This document shows positions 35,617 to 44,088 of a stretch of 64,000 bases of DNA, piece by piece (position 1 is the first letter of the stretch; each line of letters opens with the position of its first letter). Position numbers and translations under genes: made by a program. The stretch is taken from positions 4,050,675 through 4,114,674 of the forward strand of contig OZ245881.1 of assembly GCA_965229505.1 (NCBI GenBank). The letters run 5' to 3'. Under the pieces are notes generated by a model. That model made no database searches. It was not told the origin of the DNA and was given only the letters and a program-made list of their open reading frames with translations. This stretch comes from Cyclobacteriaceae bacterium. Its GTDB lineage: Bacteria > Bacteroidota > Bacteroidia > Cytophagales > Cyclobacteriaceae.

Positions 35617-37197
35617 TCATTTTTTGGGGCTTAATTTTAAGAATTCAGTATAGCTATCAGGATTTTCGACTGTTCCTCTGTCAGTTCGTAGGTTTACAGT
35701 TATTTTTCTTTCCTTAGCTTTTAATGCAAAATCTTCCAAAATTTCGACAATATCATTATCCACATATCGCGTATTCGTGATGTCAAGTTCTAGATAGCTG
35801 TTTTCAGGTAGACCATCTAATTCTTTTAGAATGGCTGCTTTATTTAAGAAATTCACTTCTTCAGCTAAAGTCATTTTTATTCTTCCATCATCTACATCTT
35901 CTCCTTCGATGTGTAAAAAGTGCGAATTTTGAAAGCTTTTGATTAAAATGACTATAAAGCCAACTCCCAATCCTAATCCGATTCCCCAAAGAAGGTCGAT
36001 GAACACTATACCTAGTATGGTCACCATAAATGGTACAAACTGCTTCCAACCTAGATCATACATTGTTTTGAATAATGCTGGATTTGCTAGTTTATATCCA
36101 ACAATTAATAGAATAGCCGCTAACACGGATAGGGGAATCATATTTAATAACCCTGGTATGACTATCACTGATGTTAATAGTAAAAGCCCGTGTATAATAG
36201 CCGACATTTTAGTTCGTGCACCAGATTGTATATTGGCTGAACTACGCACAATTACCTGAGTAATCGGCAAACCGCCGATCATGCCAGAAATAATGTTTCC
36301 CGTTCCTTGTGCGAACAGCTCTCTATTGGTAGGTGTCACGTTCTTATGAGGATCTAACTTATCGGTAGCCTCAACACATAACAAAGTTTCTAAACTGGCT
36401 ACTAAGGCTATTGTAAATGCAACCAACCAGACGCTTCCATTTGATATGACTGAGAAGTTTGGAAAACTAAACTGACCAATAAAAGAATCTACATTTTCCG
36501 GAATTGGTACGCTTACTAAGTGAGAACTTGCTATACCTAATACTTGACTTCCTTGTGTTACTGCATAAAATATAATGCCTACGACAACCGCTACTAATGG
36601 CCCTTGAATAAGCTGGAAAATCTTACCTTTTTTAGATAATACTTTATCCCAAAGTATCAGGATTGCTAATCCAATTAGACCGATTAAAGCTGAACCAGGA
36701 ATGATGTTGTCCAATGAATTAATAATTTCTGAAAAGGTATTTTCTCCATCGACTTGAACGAAAGAAAAATCACCCTCCGGATCATGATCATAGCCAACAA
36801 AATGAGGGATTTGCTTCAATATTATAATAATCCCAATTCCAGTTAGCATGCCTTTAATAACTGATGATGGGAAATAATATCCAATGATTCCCAATTTTAG
36901 AACACCAAAAAGTATCTGAATAACACCTGCAAGTACAACAGCCACTAAAAAACTTTGGTAACCACCCAGACTATCGATAGCAACCAATACGATGGCAACT
37001 AAGCCTGCTGCCGGGCCACTTACACCAATATTAGAGCCACTTAGGAAGCCAACAACTATTCCTCCAACAATACCTGCTATTAATCCGGCGAAAAGAGGCG
37101 CTCCACTAGCTAAAGCGATACCTAAACACAATGGTAGTGCTACGAAAAATACAACTACACTAGCGGGCAAATCATTTTTTAGATAATGCAAATTCAT
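35617..37197 (-). CDS. SulP family inorganic anion transporter with a C-terminal STAS domain
   Basis: 526 aa. DLPASVVVFFVALPLCLGIALASGAP start typical of SulP. TM core. C-terminal STAS-like LAEEVNFLNKAAILKELD...LELDITNTRYVDNDIVEILEDF. Confidence 0.9.
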   Translation of the reverse strand: MNLHYLKNDLPASVVVFFVALPLCLGIALASGAPLFAGLIAGIVGGIVVGFLSGSNIGVSGPAAGLVAIVLVAIDSLGGYQSFLVAVVLAGVIQILFGVLKLGIIGYYFPSSVIKGMLTGIGIIIILKQIPHFVGYDHDPEGDFSFVQVDGENTFSEIINSLDNIIPGSALIGLIGLAILILWDKVLSKKGKIFQLIQGPLVAVVVGIIFYAVTQGSQVLGIASSHLVSVPIPENVDSFIGQFSFPNFSVISNGSVWLVAFTIALVASLETLLCVEATDKLDPHKNVTPTNRELFAQGTGNIISGMIGGLPITQVIVRSSANIQSGARTKMSAIIHGLLLLTSVIVIPGLLNMIPLSVLAAILLIVGYKLANPALFKTMYDLGWKQFVPFMVTILGIVFIDLLWGIGLGLGVGFIVILIKSFQNSHFLHIEGEDVDDGRIKMTLAEEVNFLNKAAILKELDGLPENSYLELDITNTRYVDNDIVEILEDFALKAKERKITVNLRTDRGTVENPDSYTEFLKLSPKK

Positions 37198-37869
37198 TTA
37201 TTTTTTCAGTTATGTGCTTTTTTATAAATAGTATAGTTAAAAAAGGCTGATAAATCAGCATCTTGAAAAAGTTCAATTGCGAGGCTCTACACCTTGCTGA
37301 TGTTGTTTGAAGTTACCACACAACTAACTTTAGAACTTCCAATAATTTTGAACATCGCTCAGGTTGATAATATCAAACTCAAAAAACCACCCATCTTGCT
37401 GGTAGTTCGTATTGTAGTTCATTTAATGAGCTTCCGGCTTTAATCATTGTGATGTGCGAAGTTCAAAATTGTTCTCTTTACTAGACTTACTGATTGAAAC
37501 ATAATAAGGTTTCGGAAATATGACAAGTGAAGAGAACCCTTCTTCGTACGGTAATGTCGAGCTTATTTAGAATTGTACCTTGCCGCACTCCGGGCCTTAC
37601 TGATCATTAGTGATTTCCCCTAGCAATATAAGAGTTATCCCTAGTCTATGCTAAGCATAACTACTTGATCTGTAAATCCTAAGACGAATATTGTAGAGTA
37701 TGGATTGAAATATAGTTGTGTAACTAATGAATTGTTCTCTGCGGCTTGGATAATTGCACATATTTTAGAATATTTAAGGACAAAGCAGTGAATTCTTCAT
37801 TCTTTGTTTTGTTCACTGAGTGTTTCAGTGTTTTTTGACCTAATAACCAGCTAGTAACTAATACCAAGA

Positions 37870-38679
37870 ATGGCCAACAATTTAGACCTGCGCGAACCAG
37901 AGGTTCTTGATATTCCCAAAGGATATAGAGCATATAAAATCAAAGGTGTCGATCACACCATCATTGCGAGGAAGGGAGGACCTACCGCGGATCAAATCAA
38001 AAATCAAGATTCCTATCTTGAATTAAGGAACAATCAAAAGGAGTTTGGAGTGGCCTCTATTTTGGCCAAGTCACTACGAGACTCAATCCCTTCGGAGCTC
38101 TACAAGATTTCTGAGAAGTACGTTTCAGGAAAATTGACTGCTCAATTCCGAAACTTAGCCAAGCTAGAAAAAGGTACGACCGGTACCAGGTCATTCATAC
38201 TTAGTGATCATGCCGGCGAACTTCAAGGTTTTGATTTTAATCCAGACAGTCCATTTCCCGGGGCATTCAGTGATCGCTTTTTCATAAGGGAAGGGTCGCA
38301 TCGTGGACATGCCATACTACATTTTCCAGAATTTATTCCTTCTCAGATGTTTGATGCACCTGAGGGTACTACCAACTTTAAAATCAGTGCACATATAGTT
38401 TCCCTTTCTGATTTCTACTTTGACGAGGAGGTAGGGGCATATTATCCGGCTAATCCTGAGTTTCAGGGCAAATTTGGATCCTTTGAAACACAGATGTTAC
38501 CGTTATTGAATTTCCCGGTTCAGCCGATGACGGGTCAACTGTCTGTCAATCAGGGACGATCAGTACCTATGAAGACTGGCATTTTCTTGATAATGGCAAT
38601 TCGCTTCTTTAGGTATGCAGATTCGAAATTCGAACAGCTCAATCATGGAAGCAGCATGCGCATTCTGCGCACATTCTAG
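37870..38679 (+). CDS. Hypothetical protein with no recognisable domain
   Basis: 269-aa ORF with normal GC and no signal peptide. Its stop overlaps the convergent thioesterase stop (CTAG). Confidence 0.5.
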   Translation: MANNLDLREPEVLDIPKGYRAYKIKGVDHTIIARKGGPTADQIKNQDSYLELRNNQKEFGVASILAKSLRDSIPSELYKISEKYVSGKLTAQFRNLAKLEKGTTGTRSFILSDHAGELQGFDFNPDSPFPGAFSDRFFIREGSHRGHAILHFPEFIPSQMFDAPEGTTNFKISAHIVSLSDFYFDEEVGAYYPANPEFQGKFGSFETQMLPLLNFPVQPMTGQLSVNQGRSVPMKTGIFLIMAIRFFRYADSKFEQLNHGSSMRILRTF

Positions 38680-39125
38680 ACGGGCACAGGCATCCTTGTT
38701 TTGATAAGATTGGAGGCTGCTTTAGCCAAGACCTTGTCGCCTTTTTTCAGCCAGGCTTCCATGTGAATGACGTTAGAACCTTTCCTGACAACTTGAGCCT
38801 CGCAGGTCACAATGTCACCTGTTTTCGCGCTAGCTAGAAAATCAACGTTGAGGTTGATAGAGGTAAACATAAACTCGTTATTCAAGGAGAAGACTGTTGC
38901 TCCCATCACATCATCCAGCATCGTCGAGGCAATCCCTCCGTGCAGAATGGCTCCCGGATTCGTCATTTCCTGGCGTATTTCATATTCCCATGCAAGGTTT
39001 CCCTCTTCTGCCTTTATCAGTTTCCCATTGAGCCACCTTCCGATTGGTGACGGGCTATTGTTGGAAGTTTGACCAATATTCGCCTTGAAGAAGGCAAGCG
39101 CTTTATTCTCCATTTTTTTAATCAA
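38676..39125 (-). CDS. PaaI/hotdog-fold thioesterase
   Basis: LHGGIASTMLDDVMG and the overall 4HBT/PaaI pattern, 149 aa. Confidence 0.8.
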   Translation of the reverse strand: MIKKMENKALAFFKANIGQTSNNSPSPIGRWLNGKLIKAEEGNLAWEYEIRQEMTNPGAILHGGIASTMLDDVMGATVFSLNNEFMFTSINLNVDFLASAKTGDIVTCEAQVVRKGSNVIHMEAWLKKGDKVLAKAASNLIKTRMPVPV

Positions 39126-39152
39126 TTAAAGACATTGTAGGTTATAAACTAG

Positions 39153-40238
39153 ATGAGTGAACTAAAATCATATGATCCGATACACCTGAGCCACATGCGT
39201 CATGAAGGTGATGAGGTGGCCGATAACGTTGTTCGTAATTTATTTGAGATTGGATACAATCCCATGGTTGAACAGGAATACAATGCTTACCAGTTCAACG
39301 ATCAACCGATTCCAACATCTTTTCCATCATCCTTGGTAGCATATTTTGATCATCTCAAAAAACAAGCGCAAGGGATACCCGACGAGAACTTGGTGCCTGG
39401 GCAAGCCTTTTTTGCGAAATATGCTCAAGAGCTTCTGGCCATCCTGGGGTTGCTGTCACTTCCATATTGTTATGCAGCGGCTGACGGTGCACAGGTATTA
39501 TATAAGTCGAAACGCATCCGTCAGTCGCCGGAGAAGCGCCTACTGGAAACGGCAGCCTTCGTGTTTGACGTGTCTGAAGCGAATGCCTTCTTGAAAGGCG
39601 GGAAGGGCATTGTATCTGCTGGAAAAGTAAGACTAATGCATGCGGCCATCCGCTACCACATCGTTAAGTCGGGTCATTGGAGTGCGAGCTTTGGTACCCC
39701 AATTAATCAAGAAGATATGGCGGGCACCAATCTGGCATTCTCGCTCATCTCTATCAGAGGTTTGCGCAAACTGGGTTATCAGGTCACGGTGGAGGAGGCT
39801 TGGAGTTTCATTGATATGTGGAATTCTATCGGTCGCTTTTTGGGTGTAGATGATACACTATTGCCGTCAGATACACGGGAGGCTTTTAACCTCGAGAAGG
39901 CCATTGCTAATCGTAACTTCAGAAAATCAAATGAGGGAGTTGAACTGACAAAAGCCCTTCATGACCACATGAGAATGAGTTTTTCTGATGCCAGCCCCAT
40001 AGATCCTGCAGCAATTACTGCTTATTTGGTTGGCGACAAGGTGGCTCCAATGTTAGGTCTTGAGACTAGTACTATTCTGCCGAGATTGATGGAAGGTATC
40101 TCTGGTCTGAATGCCACCAAGTCGCTTTTGCGCCATGATGGTGCGCAAAAATTGAAACAAGCAAAAAAATTATACGAGACTCAAATATCAGGTAAGACCC
40201 TTGAGCCGTTCAGATTATTGAATAATCTTACGGATTAG
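39153..40238 (+). CDS. DUF2236 / MpaB-like oxygenase family protein
   Basis: VRLMHAAIRYHI and the surrounding helical pattern resemble the DUF2236 family. Assignment is by eye only. Confidence 0.5.
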   Translation: MSELKSYDPIHLSHMRHEGDEVADNVVRNLFEIGYNPMVEQEYNAYQFNDQPIPTSFPSSLVAYFDHLKKQAQGIPDENLVPGQAFFAKYAQELLAILGLLSLPYCYAAADGAQVLYKSKRIRQSPEKRLLETAAFVFDVSEANAFLKGGKGIVSAGKVRLMHAAIRYHIVKSGHWSASFGTPINQEDMAGTNLAFSLISIRGLRKLGYQVTVEEAWSFIDMWNSIGRFLGVDDTLLPSDTREAFNLEKAIANRNFRKSNEGVELTKALHDHMRMSFSDASPIDPAAITAYLVGDKVAPMLGLETSTILPRLMEGISGLNATKSLLRHDGAQKLKQAKKLYETQISGKTLEPFRLLNNLTD

Positions 40239-40265
40239 TTAACTTCCTTCTGAGGGTCAGACTTA

Positions 40266-41462
40266 ATGTTCAAATTCCTAATTAGCAGTATTCTGCTGTT
40301 TTTAGTGCCAATGATCGGGACTGCACAAAACCTTGTGGCTAACTATAGCTTCGAGGATTTTCGCATTTGTCCCACTACGCTTGACCAGCTCCGATTCACT
40401 CGTTACTGGATGGGGTTTGGTACAGCCGACCCATCACCTGATCTCTTCAATCGATGTGCAGAACGTGGGCAGATGGGGGTTCCCTTCAACTACTTTGGTG
40501 AGCAGGAGCCTAAGACTGGCGATGGGTATGTAGGCATGATCAGCTATCTGAAGTCTAAGAGTGGGAAGAGCTGGAAGCTAAAGTCAAACCATCGAGAGTT
40601 TCTCGTCACCAACTTACTTAAGCCACTGGAAAAGGATAAGGAGTATTACCTGGAGATGTCAGTAAGCTTAGCAGAAAACTGTGAGTACGCACTTAGTAAT
40701 ATGGGTATGCTTTTGTCAAAGAGCGCACCACCCATAGATTGGATGCCTATTGAGTACGCCTATTTCAAGCCTCAGATCATAAGCGACCCATCCAAACCGC
40801 TAGACAAAACCAATGAGTGGATGACGATCTCCGGGACATACACAGCTGATGGTGGAGAGTCAGTGCTCACCATTGGAAACTTCGACGCAGACAAAGTGAC
40901 CACCATTACCAAAAATGGCAAGGGTCAAAATTTGTTTGCGCAAACCATGGAGGTGCCTAAGAAGGACAGACCTATGATCTCTTATTACTTTATCGATGAC
41001 GTCATTGTCAGGCCTGTAATCCCTGAGGAGCCCATATTCGTGGCAGACGTCACACAAGATCTTCCTCCCGCACCGGCACCTATCAAGTCAGAGTATTTTG
41101 GTGACATAGCCGAAGGGGATAAAATCGTTTTGGACAACATCTATTTTGAGTTTGATCAGTCGGTATTGCTTCCTGCATCTTATGATGAACTCAATGAGTT
41201 GGGAAGGTTTCTGGTTCAAAATCCCGAGGTGCGCATCAGGATCTCTGGTCACACCGACAACATAGGAACAGCTGAGTACAACTTTCGTCTTTCTCAGGAC
41301 AGAGCAGCTGCCGTAGTGAGCTACCTATCGGTAAATGGCATAGAGCTGGAGCGACTGGAGTCTCGCGGTTTTGGCAGTGAGTACCCCGTCGACACTAACG
41401 ATACCGACGAAGGGCGTTCGAAAAACCGTAGAGTGGAATTCGAGATTATTAGTGCGAATTGA
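40266..41462 (+). CDS. OmpA family protein with an unknown N-terminal domain
   Basis: Signal peptide. C-terminal OmpA domain ISGHTDNIGTAEYNFRLSQDRA...NRRVEFEI. Confidence 0.8.
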   Translation: MFKFLISSILLFLVPMIGTAQNLVANYSFEDFRICPTTLDQLRFTRYWMGFGTADPSPDLFNRCAERGQMGVPFNYFGEQEPKTGDGYVGMISYLKSKSGKSWKLKSNHREFLVTNLLKPLEKDKEYYLEMSVSLAENCEYALSNMGMLLSKSAPPIDWMPIEYAYFKPQIISDPSKPLDKTNEWMTISGTYTADGGESVLTIGNFDADKVTTITKNGKGQNLFAQTMEVPKKDRPMISYYFIDDVIVRPVIPEEPIFVADVTQDLPPAPAPIKSEYFGDIAEGDKIVLDNIYFEFDQSVLLPASYDELNELGRFLVQNPEVRIRISGHTDNIGTAEYNFRLSQDRAAAVVSYLSVNGIELERLESRGFGSEYPVDTNDTDEGRSKNRRVEFEIISAN

Positions 41463-41530
41463 CCGCTCGTAATAAGAGTCTTGACTGGTGGCTGGAATGT
41501 TCCGAGTTTCTAATTTCAAATGCGACTAAC

Positions 41531-43255
41531 ATGAAAAGACTTCTACTTCTAATTTCAGCTACTTTTTTTACTTATAGCTTATTGGCCCAGTCCTATGACC
41601 TGGTGATACTAAATGGAATGGTCATGGATGGTTCGGGCAATCCCTGGTACTACCAGGACTTGGGTATTAAGGATGGCAAGATTGTCAAGCTTGGGCTCCT
41701 TAAGGAGTCAGATGGGAAAGAAAGTATTAATGCTAAGGGAAAAATCGTGTCTCCCGGATTTATTGATATTCATTCTCATGCTGACGGCAATCAAGGTGAT
41801 GTCAATGGCATCAGAAAAGATAATCCCATGATGAAGGCGGCCCACAACCTCGTCATGCAAGGAATAACGACCGTAGTGGTCAATCATGATGGCAGGAGCC
41901 CTGAGTCTATAGCTGATCAGATTGCTCAGCTTGAGCGACAAGGGCATGGGCCCAATGTCGCGGTGATGGTTGGACACAATAGCATCCGATATAGAGCACT
42001 GGGGGAGGACTTCAGACGACTGGCAACACCAGAAGAAATTAAGAATATGCAGCGCCAGATTATCGAAGGGATGAAAGCCGGGGCATACGGTATGAGTGCA
42101 GGTCTGGAGTATGTGCCTGGCAGATGGTCGAATACGGAAGAAGTGATAAGCCTAGTCAGTACGGTCAAACCGTGGGGAGGTGTCTATATCGTGCATGAAC
42201 GAGCCTCTGGTTCCGATCCCATGTGGTTTTTACCTAGCCGGGATATGCAGAAAACTACGATGCTGGAAAACATCGAGGAGGTTATTGCGGTAGCTGAAGC
42301 TACGGGAGTGACCTCAAGCGCAACCCACGTGAAAGTGAAAGGAGCGGACTATTGGGGAGTATCTACTGCCATTGTCAACCTTATCCAAACAGCACGAAAC
42401 CGTGGCGTAGATGTCTGGGCAGATCAATATCCATACAATACTACAGGTACAGATGGTAACACCGAGCTTATTCCCGGATGGGCGATCGAGAGAGACCGCT
42501 GGCGGTCAAGCCTCACAGGTAGCTCCGATGACAATACCGGCCCTGAGACTACATTCAAAGATGCACTAACCAAAGTGCTCGAAGATGATGATCAACGAGC
42601 GCAATTGTTTCTGGATGTTAAGAGGGAAATTGAGCGTCGTGGGGGCCCGGAGAACATTATTGTCTTTGACTATCCAGACAAGTCCTTCATCGGTAAGTCT
42701 GTACTACAACTTTCTCAGGAACTGGATATATCATTAGTCGAGGTGGCGGTCAAGCTGCAACGTGAAGGTTACCTTGACCGACCAGGAGGCGCAAGGTTAC
42801 GTGGCTTTTCCCTATCGGAAATGGATATTGAAATCCTCGCGCAGGCACCATGGTTGATCACTACCACCGATGCAGGTATTTCACCTCCTGAGAAACCTCC
42901 GGTGCACGCCAGATACTATGGAACCTATCCTCGGAAGATCGCCCATTACGCAAAAAATAGAGGTGTGATCTCAGTGGAGCATGCGGTGAGATCATCGACC
43001 AGCCTGCCTGCGCAATTCATGGGGTTTAAAGATCGGGGCATGATCAAGGAGGGCTATGCAGCGGATATAGTGATCTTTGATCTGGAGGATATCAAAGACA
43101 AAGCTACTTTCGTCAACCCACATCAATATCCCGATGGTATTGAGCAAGTGTTGATAGGAGGTGAGTACATGGTCAAGGATGGGAAGCTGACAGAGAATTT
43201 ACCCGGTAGGGTGCTTAAGAACACCGAGAGCTTCCGATATTTGGGTGGACTGTAA
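41531..43255 (+). CDS. N-acyl-D-amino-acid deacylase (D-aminoacylase) family amidohydrolase, secreted
   Basis: Signal MKRLLLLISATFFTYSLLAQ. DLVILNG.V.DGSGNPWY; SPGFIDIHSHAD; GYAADIVIFD. Confidence 0.8.
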   Translation: MKRLLLLISATFFTYSLLAQSYDLVILNGMVMDGSGNPWYYQDLGIKDGKIVKLGLLKESDGKESINAKGKIVSPGFIDIHSHADGNQGDVNGIRKDNPMMKAAHNLVMQGITTVVVNHDGRSPESIADQIAQLERQGHGPNVAVMVGHNSIRYRALGEDFRRLATPEEIKNMQRQIIEGMKAGAYGMSAGLEYVPGRWSNTEEVISLVSTVKPWGGVYIVHERASGSDPMWFLPSRDMQKTTMLENIEEVIAVAEATGVTSSATHVKVKGADYWGVSTAIVNLIQTARNRGVDVWADQYPYNTTGTDGNTELIPGWAIERDRWRSSLTGSSDDNTGPETTFKDALTKVLEDDDQRAQLFLDVKREIERRGGPENIIVFDYPDKSFIGKSVLQLSQELDISLVEVAVKLQREGYLDRPGGARLRGFSLSEMDIEILAQAPWLITTTDAGISPPEKPPVHARYYGTYPRKIAHYAKNRGVISVEHAVRSSTSLPAQFMGFKDRGMIKEGYAADIVIFDLEDIKDKATFVNPHQYPDGIEQVLIGGEYMVKDGKLTENLPGRVLKNTESFRYLGGL

Positions 43256-43264
43256 TACACCACT

Positions 43265-43666
43265 ATGGATATCGGCATTTCTACACCGGCACTACTTTTT
43301 CCGGCCATCACACTGCTATTGTTGGCATACACCAATCGATTTTTGGCAATTGCCAGCCTGATCAGAAGCCTGCACAAACGCCATCAGGAGCAACCGAGTC
43401 ATGCCTATGTCGTCCAACAGATCGCCAACCTAAGGCTCAGAATGGATTTAATCCGGTATATGCAGGCTGCCGGGATTTTGAGTTTTGTAGGATGTGTGCT
43501 GTCGATCTTCGCGCTATTTCTTGGTCTGGAGACGGAGGGCTATCTGGCCTTTGGTGCCAGCCTTGTGCTACTACTAATCTCCCTTTTCCTGAGTTTTTAT
43601 GAGACGCAGATCTCCACTAAGGCCCTCAATTACGAGTTGCGCGACATGGAAGAGCCCAAGTCTTAA
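43265..43666 (+). CDS. DUF2721-like membrane protein
   Basis: LLFPAITLLLLAYTNRFLAIASLIRSLH and three TM segments. Confidence 0.65.
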   Translation: MDIGISTPALLFPAITLLLLAYTNRFLAIASLIRSLHKRHQEQPSHAYVVQQIANLRLRMDLIRYMQAAGILSFVGCVLSIFALFLGLETEGYLAFGASLVLLLISLFLSFYETQISTKALNYELRDMEEPKS

Positions 43667-43673
43667 CTATTAT

Positions 43674-43732
43674 TTTCGTATATGTAGAACATACTTCTGT
43701 TCCTTCCGTATATTTGTTCTACATATACGAAA
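43674..43732. promoter_or_regulatory. 18-bp perfect inverted repeat upstream of PadR gene 2 (candidate operator or RNA hairpin)
   Basis: TTTCGTATATGTAGAACA (43674-43691) / TGTTCTACATATACGAAA (43715-43732) with a 23-nt spacer. A perfect -7 box TATATTTG (43709-43716) overlaps the inner edge of the right arm. The PadR ATG is at 43744. Confidence 0.5.
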
Positions 43733-43743
43733 TAGATGCACAT

Positions 43744-44088
43744 ATGAAAGGCACACATCTTGGCGAGTTTGAAGAGATTATACTCCTGCTGGTAGGAGTA
43801 TTGCAGGACAATGCTTACGGTTTGGCTCTCGTGGATGCTTTTGAGCAACAAGCGGGTAGGCGAGTAGCTATCGGAGCTGTCCACTCGGCACTCAGTCGCC
43901 TATCGGAAAAAGGCTTTTTGGAATCGGAGATGACAGGAGCAACCACAGAGCGTGGAGGTCGTCGTAAACGGATATTCACCATCACCGCGACTGGAAAACA
44001 TGCGCTTGTCAATGCAAGGGATCTGAGGGTATCACTGTGGCAGCAAATCCCTGATTTATCTTTAGGACGACTTTCGTTTGATGTTTGA
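43744..44088 (+). CDS. PadR family transcriptional regulator (paralogue of 2458-2793)
   Basis: MKGTHLGEFEEIILLLVGVL..AYGLALVDAFE...GAVHSALSRLSEKGFL...GGRRKRIFTIT. The gene overlaps the next gene by 8 nt. Confidence 0.85.
   Translation: MKGTHLGEFEEIILLLVGVLQDNAYGLALVDAFEQQAGRRVAIGAVHSALSRLSEKGFLESEMTGATTERGGRRKRIFTITATGKHALVNARDLRVSLWQQIPDLSLGRLSFDV

Noticed and set aside
37333-37422. 30-aa minus-strand ORF (MNYNTNYQQDGWFFEFDIINLSDVQNYWKF) upstream of sulP.
   Set aside because: It is too short, has no signal or motif, and is in AT-rich DNA. It is possibly a pseudogene fragment. It is covered under the sulP-islet finding rather than as a feature.
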